From: Alloascoidea hylecoeti
Lineage: Eukaryota
Length of the DNA: 64,000 nucleotides
Reading direction: 5' to 3'
Assembly (NCBI GenBank): GCA_001600815.1
Contig: BCKZ01000001.1
Location: forward strand, 1,149,389-1,213,388
Under the pieces are notes generated by a model. It made no database searches. It was given only the letters and a program-made list of their open reading frames with translations, and was not told where the DNA came from. Position 1 is the stretch's first letter, and each line of letters opens with the position of its first letter. The translations under genes and the position numbers were made by a program. This document shows, in pieces, positions 24,155 to 33,167 of the stretch.

Positions 24155-26084
24155 ATTATAACGATCTATCGCAATATATTGAGGAATTGAAAAATTGCAC
24201 TATGTTAATTATGAAGATATGTATTTGGTGTTACGGTGCTAAAGATAATTTAGTTTTAAGATATTTATATAGTTAAATTTAATGCGTTATATTAAAAATC
24301 AAAAATAGGATTCAAGTGCAAGTAGTAATTACTATAGAATTATGAGTTCAGATTTGACTTAGTGGTGAAAGTCTTGAAGTCAGTAGTCCCCGTTGCAGCT
24401 GTGGAGAAGTATATAAAAACAAGTAGTAGCAGCTCTTATAACTATAATGAAATCCCTTATAGCGAGACATTAGCTTCTTTCACTCACTATAGATTTAATA
24501 ATATTAATCTTAAACTTTCAGTCCTTTATAATAAATATTAATGACCAAATCTGTGTTCTTATTTTCAAACATAACTATTTACTAGCTCTTTATTTATATG
24601 TTTCTGGGGAATATAGTAATAGATCACAAACATAACATCTGCAACGAACTTTTCAAACCTTGATGATTCAGATTGTATTAATATTAAAGAAACGTCACCA
24701 AACAATCAAAATTGATTGTACTTGAAAAAGAATAAAAGTAGGTTACCGCTTTAGGGATTCGAGCGTTTGAGTGGCTTTGTACCTGCAGGTCCCTGCGTTA
24801 ATATTATTATGCATAGCTTATAGCGGATGCATTGGGACTCGGGAGTTGTAGGATCCGGACAGTTTTTCGAAAGTATCCACAATATTTATAACTCAAAACA
24901 GTTAAGAAGTATAAAAATATATGTAGAGAACATTAAAAAGTATCGGAATTAACTCATCAACGCCTGTGATGTTTCTTATCTTTAGCATCTAAATTCTAAA
25001 TCATTAACAATTACCATGTACCCACAATTTCAAAAGCTGATATGGACTTGAATGCGCCTTACTAGAAATACTCATCATTGTCATCAATGTGAATTTATAA
25101 TTACAGCAATATCGTATAGAATAAAATTTTGTGTACTTTAGTTACCTGATCAAACTCAGAGAGAAAATATATGCACAAATATACAACATGAATGGAGGTA
25201 AAAAATGGAGCGTTAAATCAATATAGGATCCAATACATGTATTTCAATTAATTTTGGGGATGATGAGAACATGTAACACATTTTTAATTGCGGAATACAT
25301 ATAGATCTTTGAAATACGGTCTGTCAAATTATTTCCGCCTCATATTGATATTACTCGGAAGTTGGAACTGTCCAATGTATTTAAAGGTAATACAGTCTCT
25401 GAAAGAAGGTCTCATAAAAGGTACATGTAGCGTCCTTTATAATAGTATTGGCATTGATGATTATTATGGCTGTAATTTTGATACCACAAATGATTAAAAA
25501 AGATAATGAAGGTTATCCAAGTGCAGAGAAAGAATATTGATTCCAAAAACTAGCATTTAGTATGTCCACATTCAGAATGTTATTTATTTCCCCAGGTTTT
25601 TAATGATCTCCAATTTCCTAATAATAACCCCCTAGTTACAAAGGCCATTATAAAATGTCGGAGGTCCGGTTATAGAGTAGAATGACTATAAATACGATGC
25701 CTTTATAACAAATAGATAGTACACTTACATTTCGTATTATAAAGGTACCATCCACAGCCCTAAAAGCAAAAAAGTTAATTAGTATTACAAGCTTACACGT
25801 TTAAAATAATCCTTAATTTCGCTGTAACCTTCATTGAATATATATATCGTATAACTATAATATTACTACATCTAAACGTTATCTATTTATAAACAGAAAT
25901 AATCATATTAATAAAATCAACCACCAAGAAAAAAAAAGAAAGATAGTTTCAAATATAGAGAATTGAAAGATCCATTAATTATAATAATGAATCAAACATA
26001 TATGGTCATAAAAATAAAATAAAATACATTGGCTTATTAATTTAAATCTTCCTCTCTGTTTTTTTTTTTTTTTGTAAGTTTATA

Positions 26085-28301
26085 TCATTTACTTAAAAAA
26101 TAATTATATTTTTGTCCCCTACCATTTCCAAAAAATTGTCTATATTGAGCCCCATATTGGAAATCAACTGGAGATTTATCATTATCATTATTTAAATCAT
26201 TAAAATCATCATTCTCCAATCTTAGACCTCTTTTTGATCTTGAAATAGATTCTGCACGGGACTGTTTCCTGCGTCTTGCCATTGAACTTGGCCTAGGATG
26301 ATGCTCACCATGTGGGAAATAAACGACTTCAACTGGTGGTAAATAATAGGCTTTATTTAATGGGAAATATTCATATGATATTTTTTTATTTGATTTCTTT
26401 TTACGTTTGGGTATAGGAGGAGGACTATTGATATTTGCATTAATTGAAAACTGAATTGATTTATTTGTTGATGCTGGTGTTGAGGTTGAAGATAATGATA
26501 GTGATGATTTTAAATCTGGATTTTTAGCAATTTGAATTGTATTTGATAATGGTTTCAAAATTGATTGATCATTTTTTTGACTATCAATATCCATATCAAT
26601 ATCAACACTATGATTGTGATTATGGTTATGATTATGATTATGATCATTATTATTATTATTATCAATATCAATTTCATTAACACCATTATTTAAATTATTG
26701 ATGTTATCACTTGAATTAAAATTTCGTAAATTATTTGATGATGAATAATCATATTCTGTTTTAAGTTCCTTTTCATTATTATTCTTTGTGAAATCATTAA
26801 TATTGTTAATACTAGTAGCAATAAAATTATTATTATTATTATTTTGTTGTAACATTAATTGATTATTATGATTTTGTAAATCAGGGCTAATTGAATTACT
26901 GAAATTTGATATTATACTAATTGGAGTATTATAGATAATTTTTTGTTTTTTATTTGTAGTTAAATTATCAATGCCATTCGAATTTGAATCATCGAACGAC
27001 ACCGTTCTTTTATTACTTCTTTCATTTGTGATCTTGGTAATATTTTTTTGATCATAATTTTGTGCATTATCAGCACCAATTACAACAGTATCTCTACTGG
27101 TTACATAATTGCCTCTAGTTAATAAAATATCATCTCTTTCAGTATAGAAACTTGGATTTCTACCTCTTACAACGATTGGTCTTGAAGTAACACTTGCAAC
27201 AACAATAGTTTCATCCTCCTCATCGTTTTCATTTTCAATGGTTGCTTCTAACTGAATAATTATAGTATAATATTGCTGAAAAGCTGGTTTTCTACCATTA
27301 TTTGCAGTAGCCGATTTAAATTGTAATCTTTTCCATTCAATTTCAATTGGTTTCGATAAAGATATTATAGAAATAGGTATATTAAAGTATTGCGGCCTTA
27401 AACTTGATTTATGACTACTATTAGTATTATTAGTAGTTTTGATTTTAGAAGAATCAATTGGAAAATATAGCAATTCAACAGGTTCTTTTGAGAAGTTTTG
27501 CGTAGATTTAATTGATAATCTTAAAGATTTAATATTTTTGGTAATTTCTTCTTCAAATTCATTATTTTTAGAAAACTTAATTGAAACAGGTATATCACTG
27601 AAAGATAATTTTGAAGCAACTTGTATGAAATTCCTTCTATAGCATGATAGATAGCTATTATCGTTTAAATCACCACCAGCAATGAAAAATCTACCATCCA
27701 AAAACCCAAATAAGTTTATTAAGATTGAAGTATTATCACGTGATAGTAGTTCAACTTTAGGTTTTGGGGTGTTTATTGGGGAAAAGTCGAGATAATATTG
27801 GGCCGAGTTTGCCGGGTCATTGGCACGCTGGGTAGTGAATTGGAAGGGTGCGGGGACTTCACCGGGGAGGGTGTTTTCAGGCACGGCCAGGGAATGACGT
27901 AGATCCTGTTCTGTGGGCGGAAGGTAGTAGAGGAGCTGGGGTTGTTCCGTGTTTAGTCCCACGTCTAGACCCACAGATTGTTCCGGGTTCAGGCCCACGG
28001 GTTGCTCCACCAGCTGTTCTGCCTGTGGTCCCACCAGAGGTCCCACCAACGGGGGTGCCTGATGGCTCAACGTCTGCGGTGGGGGTTGTGTAGCCCCATA
28101 ATAAGAAGCCTCGACTGGGATGAGGCTGGAGTAGTGAAAACTTGGGAACTTTGGGAAGTCCGAGGAGTTTAGGGCATTAATGAAGTCGGCTTCACTGAGA
28201 ATGGGAAGCTGGTAAGAAACATCCGTCTGTCCATCGTATGGAAACGGTTGCGGAGGATCGTTTGGCACAAGCAGAGAAGCGAATTCGTCTTCAATGTTCA
28301 T
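26085..28301 (-). CDS. Ndt80/PhoG-family transcription factor, RON1-like (GlcNAc regulator candidate)
   Basis: CYRRNFIQV, WKRLQFKSATANNGRK, SRPIVVRGRNPSFY and C-terminal YEYFPL...PPVEVVYFPH..HH; sits beside GlcNAc genes. Start is uncertain (ATG 28301 or 28388). Confidence 0.85.
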   Translation of the reverse strand: MNIEDEFASLLVPNDPPQPFPYDGQTDVSYQLPILSEADFINALNSSDFPKFPSFHYSSLIPVEASYYGATQPPPQTLSHQAPPLVGPLVGPQAEQLVEQPVGLNPEQSVGLDVGLNTEQPQLLYYLPPTEQDLRHSLAVPENTLPGEVPAPFQFTTQRANDPANSAQYYLDFSPINTPKPKVELLSRDNTSILINLFGFLDGRFFIAGGDLNDNSYLSCYRRNFIQVASKLSFSDIPVSIKFSKNNEFEEEITKNIKSLRLSIKSTQNFSKEPVELLYFPIDSSKIKTTNNTNSSHKSSLRPQYFNIPISIISLSKPIEIEWKRLQFKSATANNGRKPAFQQYYTIIIQLEATIENENDEEDETIVVASVTSRPIVVRGRNPSFYTERDDILLTRGNYVTSRDTVVIGADNAQNYDQKNITKITNERSNKRTVSFDDSNSNGIDNLTTNKKQKIIYNTPISIISNFSNSISPDLQNHNNQLMLQQNNNNNNFIATSINNINDFTKNNNEKELKTEYDYSSSNNLRNFNSSDNINNLNNGVNEIDIDNNNNNDHNHNHNHNHNHSVDIDMDIDSQKNDQSILKPLSNTIQIAKNPDLKSSLSLSSTSTPASTNKSIQFSINANINSPPPIPKRKKKSNKKISYEYFPLNKAYYLPPVEVVYFPHGEHHPRPSSMARRRKQSRAESISRSKRGLRLENDDFNDLNNDNDKSPVDFQYGAQYRQFFGNGRGQKYNYFLSK

Positions 28302-28404
28302 GTTATTATCATGTAAGAAGAAGTTAATTGAGTTGCCATAACAGATACTGTTTACCCGGATGCGCGGATATCGGCGCTCGCAACACATCCTCAACGACCT
28401 CACA

Positions 28405-29114
28405 ATGTCGGTTTTGGTCACAACGGGAGGCACTGTCCCGTTCAAGCGGTTACTATCGTTGGTGCTCTCATCTGACTTTCTAAGGTTCCTGGATCACACA
28501 AACATAACCTCGTTACTTGTGCAGTACGGAAACGGTCAGGATGCCTTTTCTTATGTAAAATCCTTACTATCCGAATTGGGTATTAATCCCATCCCACAAC
28601 CAGATAACAACAAAACCACAAACAGAAATGGTGAATTTGACATTCATTTCTTAAATATTCATATCCAATTATTTAGTTATGTAAATGATCTTTCTTTAGA
28701 AATGAAAAATGTCGATTTAATCATATCTCATGCTGGCAAGTATTCTTTATAATACCATGATATAATATTCTGCTAACTGAAAATTGTAGGTACCGGATCA
28801 ATTCTCGATGCGCTTCGATCAAATTCAAATTCAAATTCAAATTCAAAATTAATTGCTATAATTAATCCCGATCTAATGGATAATCATCAATTAGATATTG
28901 CTGAAAAATTATTTCATGATAATTATTTATTATATTGTTTACCAGATCAGATGTATGTAAATAATTATATTTATAATTAATTATTTCTAACTTATATCTA
29001 TTTAGAAAATTACAAGAAACTATCAAAAAATCTAGGAATTTTAAATTCAATTCTTTTCCTAAATCAAATAGATCAATCCTATCAGATATTTTAAGGCAAG
29101 AACAACAATTATAA
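28405..29114 (+). CDS. ALG13: UDP-GlcNAc transferase catalytic subunit Alg13; exons 28405-28735, 28790-28952, 29006-29114
   Basis: VLVTTGGTVPF, LLVQYG, DLIISHAG|TGSILDALR, IINPDLMDNHQLDIA. Intron 1 is GC-AG; intron 2 is GTATGT..CTAAC..TAG. Confidence 0.9.
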
Positions 29115-29173
29115 TAAATAAAATAAATAATACAAATAAAAATGATAAAAAATAAATAATATAATAAAAAAAT

Positions 29174-29920
29174 CTAGATATAAATAGCATCATAATCCGT
29201 AACAATCATTGAGTTTTTATGTATCCTTAAATAAGTACTTGGATACTCAGGTCCAACCTCATTCCTTATTGTCTTCTCCAAAGCAAATTGTTTGTTTTTT
29301 CCCAAAACAATTAAAACAACTTCTTTTGAATTATCAAGTATCGTACTTATACCAACACTTAATGCATATTTTGGTACTTTTTTCAGATCATTTCCAAAAA
29401 ATCTACAATTTGCTTGAATTGTTGATTCCGCTAATTTAATTTTTCTTGTTCTTGTAGTATTGTCAGATCCCGATTCATTAAACGCTAAGTGTCCTTCAAT
29501 ACCCATTCCACCAAGAAATAGATCAATCCCACCACAATTTGCAATTCTTGATTCATATTCATTGCATTCTTTTTCTAAATCTTCTGCATTTCCATTTAAT
29601 ATATTAATATTTTTTCTCGGTATATCGATATGATTAAATAATCTATCGTACATAAAAAAGTGATATGATTGTTCATTTGATTCTTCAATTCCAACATATT
29701 CATCCATATTAAAAGTAATTACATTTTTAAAAGATAATTTCTTTTGACGATATAATTGAATTAATCTTTTATAAGCTCCTTCTGGTGATGAGCCAGTTGG
29801 TAATCCCAATATATAATTTGGTTTGTCGGAAGTAGGTTTAAAATTATTAATTTGGGATGCTATATAATCACCGAGGAATATTGATGCTTGTTCTGGTGTT
29901 GAAAAAACTTGTAATCTCAT
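29174..29920 (-). CDS. NAG1: Glucosamine-6-phosphate deaminase/isomerase
   Basis: LGLPTGSSP, TFNMDEYVG, GGIDLFLGGMGIEGHLAFNE. Confidence 0.95.
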   Translation of the reverse strand: MRLQVFSTPEQASIFLGDYIASQINNFKPTSDKPNYILGLPTGSSPEGAYKRLIQLYRQKKLSFKNVITFNMDEYVGIEESNEQSYHFFMYDRLFNHIDIPRKNINILNGNAEDLEKECNEYESRIANCGGIDLFLGGMGIEGHLAFNESGSDNTTRTRKIKLAESTIQANCRFFGNDLKKVPKYALSVGISTILDNSKEVVLIVLGKNKQFALEKTIRNEVGPEYPSTYLRIHKNSMIVTDYDAIYI

Positions 29921-30964
29921 TGTTTTGTATATTGAATGTAAAAGATAAAAATGATGCTTAAGAAAGGGAAAAAAAGAGAAATATGAAAAGAAGCCGGATT
30001 TCCCCCCCCTCTTATCTAAATCTCAAATTCATCAAAGTTAACTACAAAATTTTAAATAATCCTTTCACATAACATATATGACCTATTAGACCTACATAAA
30101 ACACTGACTAACCACGGATATCACCTTATATATCTTTTCTTTTTCCCATTCATTTGTTATATAACCCACTTTCTAAATATGTTTTGTGTAACGTAGTATT
30201 CATTGTAACCTTAAATCATTGGTAAATGTAACGTTGATAATAATCACGTGGTGATGTTCATAATAATCCATAGTTTTACGCTAGGCCTTATTATTAGAAT
30301 CGGAACGAGTTTAAACCCTGCAACTGGTGTTATAATAGGGATGTTACATTGCAGTTATATTTCTTACAAAGAACATCAATATTATAGATATCGGTATAAT
30401 TATAGGTACGTAAAAAGTTACTAACAAACACATATGCGAACCCATAAGAAACACAAAAACTAAAACATTTTTTAAAATTTAACAAATTATTCATCCGAGA
30501 CACAAGAGAATCTGGTAGTATTTTTCTAAAAAGATTATACAACCATTGGCGTTGTTCAGCGGAGATGGATTCCTGAACTGGCGGGGTTATTTAGGTAACT
30601 ACCCTATATATATCTTGATTTAAATTTGTTTGCTACAAGTATGAATGAATATTTATTGATGTTCATATTTTTATATTTTTATATTGAATTTATAAAATGT
30701 ATACGGATAAATTAAATAGACTTATGAATAAACAGTAGAAATAATTAAATAAAAAATATTAATTAGAATGATATTTTTGGTATCAAAAAGGTTAGTACTG
30801 TAATTGAATTATTCATATGTATGATGCAGTTGTGTAAAAAGCAATAAATAAACAAAAAACAAAAGGAAAATAAAACAGGTTTATACTTGATCATGAAGAT
30901 AATTGTGAATTTCAATGATCAAGTATTGTATTATATAAACATTTTTTCATCATCATTATCATCA

Positions 30965-32632
30965 TTATATCTTTTCATTTAAATTAACAGCAGCAGCAAT
31001 AGCTGGACCTAAGATACTACTATCTTTAACATATTTTAAGATATATTTTTTCTTTTTTAAATTTAAATCATTATTTTTAATTAAAAAAAATTCAACTTTT
31101 GATCTATATTTGTGGAAATGTCGTAACACTGAACCAACATAACCAACACAAACTTCATCGATTCCAGTATCATTATCATTATCATCATTTGATAATTGAG
31201 ATGATGAAGAAGTATTTAGTTGATCTAACCAGTTAGATAAACTGATTATACAAATTGATATTAAAGCAGCACCTCTAGTTATAACAATATCAATAATTTT
31301 TTGTAATAATAAGATATCATTATCTGAAATTTCAATATCGTGATTATTATAATCTTTTGAAAAATGATTTAAAAAAAATAATTTTGCTTCATCTATTGTT
31401 GTTGATTCATTAATCATACAAGTTAATTCACCTGTGAAATAATCATATTTTGTGTCAAAATTCTTTGGTAATTTACCATTTAAAAATTCTTTCATTTCAA
31501 TAAAATCAATCATTATTAATCTAGTTAGTTCTGAAATATATCTACCACTTGAAGTGTATTCTAATAATTGAAATAAATTTTCGCCATTTAATATTTGATT
31601 TTCCAAAGATTTAATTTTAGATTTTAAATTAAATTTATCATCAAATCGAACATCTAAATTTGGATCCCAATTTGTAGAATATTTAATAAAATCGTTACCA
31701 AATGTTGATAATTCAGTATTAATTAAACAATTTTCAACCCCTTCAATATAAGGTCTAAATTTATGTTTTGATAAGAATTTAGTTGGCGCTCTGATACAAC
31801 AATTTGTGCCTGTCCCCAACACAAGTCCAAGTTTTGTCATTTTAAAGTTATAACAGCTTGCTATATAAACAGCAACAGAATCATTTATGATTGATTCAAC
31901 TGATAATTTGATACCAATTTTTTCCAAAACAATCGACTCTAATAATGGTTTTAAATCTTTGTAATGGATTTGAGAATCAACTGACCAACCTTTCCCACAG
32001 TTTTCAATAATTCCATGATTTACAGATTTCAAAGAGATAGGGAAACTCCAACTAATTCCAACATTTATAATATCCATATTTACTTTTGTTGTATTATATT
32101 TCGAAGATTGTTTTAAGATTGCTTTTAATTTATTTAAGACATCATTAATCCTATCAGCAATCCAGTGGAAAAAATGTAAATTTAAAATTTTATCGTCATC
32201 ATGAATAATCCAAGAATCTTCGGTTATAACATCTGCTTTATCAGTTGAACTATTGGAACTATTACCATTTAATAAAACAAAGGCTAATCTTAAAGTTGAA
32301 CCACCTAGATCCATAACTAAGAACAAACCGGTTTCCAACCCAGTGGGGTTCATATCAGGTGATGGTAACATCGCAATCGTGGAGTTCTTTAATCTTTCTA
32401 AAAATTCGAATTGTAATTCATTTGATAAGTTTTTTAAAATTGCTGGATTATTAATCGGTGTTAAAAATTGTGTTTGAACTTGTGAGAGTAAAATTTGTGC
32501 TTGTGGAGACAATGATGAAAATGTTTCCTGTTGATATTGAAGGTGATCTTTTTCATTGATCATTATCGAGTCATTCTTAGACTCCATATCCAAAGGATTA
32601 ACTGCGATAGGACACTGTTGAATCTGAGTCAT
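30965..32632 (-). CDS. Hexokinase-family N-acetylglucosamine kinase (Candida HXK1/NAG5-like)
   Basis: MDLGGSTLR, GISWSFPI, IINDSVA, LVLGTGTN, INTELS, EYTSSGRYI, SSILGPAIAA; divergent hexokinase adjacent to NAG1. Confidence 0.8.
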   Translation of the reverse strand: MTQIQQCPIAVNPLDMESKNDSIMINEKDHLQYQQETFSSLSPQAQILLSQVQTQFLTPINNPAILKNLSNELQFEFLERLKNSTIAMLPSPDMNPTGLETGLFLVMDLGGSTLRLAFVLLNGNSSNSSTDKADVITEDSWIIHDDDKILNLHFFHWIADRINDVLNKLKAILKQSSKYNTTKVNMDIINVGISWSFPISLKSVNHGIIENCGKGWSVDSQIHYKDLKPLLESIVLEKIGIKLSVESIINDSVAVYIASCYNFKMTKLGLVLGTGTNCCIRAPTKFLSKHKFRPYIEGVENCLINTELSTFGNDFIKYSTNWDPNLDVRFDDKFNLKSKIKSLENQILNGENLFQLLEYTSSGRYISELTRLIMIDFIEMKEFLNGKLPKNFDTKYDYFTGELTCMINESTTIDEAKLFFLNHFSKDYNNHDIEISDNDILLLQKIIDIVITRGAALISICIISLSNWLDQLNTSSSSQLSNDDNDNDTGIDEVCVGYVGSVLRHFHKYRSKVEFFLIKNNDLNLKKKKYILKYVKDSSILGPAIAAAVNLNEKI

Positions 32633-33167
32633 AATAAATATATAAAAATATGAAATGTTTATGTTAAAAGAGAATAAAAGGAGAAGTTATTTGTATTATA
32701 TTTATAATTATGTCCCAAGATCTATTATTTTATAATTAGGTCTGCAAACAAAAGAAACCGTTGCATTCGTGCAACCAATCACGTGATGTAACAGTGGCTT
32801 ATGTACGTCTATGCATGGGTATGCATGGGTATGCATGGATCTGCAGATGCAACCCCGCCATCCCTGCTTGTATACTAAAACTTTGGTAAAAGAGTTCAAT
32901 ATAGGTTCGCATCCAAAATACTAGTGATATTGACACAAATGGTGATAGATATTCGCAGCGAGAGGGCATATTATTGGCACATTATCAACACTGATATTGG
33001 CACCTGGAGCAATTATAATTTCGTGGAAATGTCCTCTTAGTCACCTTCATCGCATCACGTGACCCTACTAAAAACACGGTGTCTTTTCCGTTTCTATAAA
33101 TATATTTCACTCTTTGTAAATCACCAAATTTCATCACTCATTCCTCTCGTTTGGGCTTTCGAAACAA

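Larger units (their letters stand above)
21859..24156. repeat. Inverted repeat: arms 21859-22321 and 23694-24156 (463 bp, 2 mismatches), 1372-bp spacer
   Basis: Base-by-base comparison of the reverse complement of the left arm with the right arm. Confidence 0.95.

Noticed and set aside
21859..24156. Inverted repeat as a Komagataella-type centromere or as transposon TIRs
   Set aside because: The arms coincide almost exactly with intact protein-coding genes; no transposase or target duplication is seen
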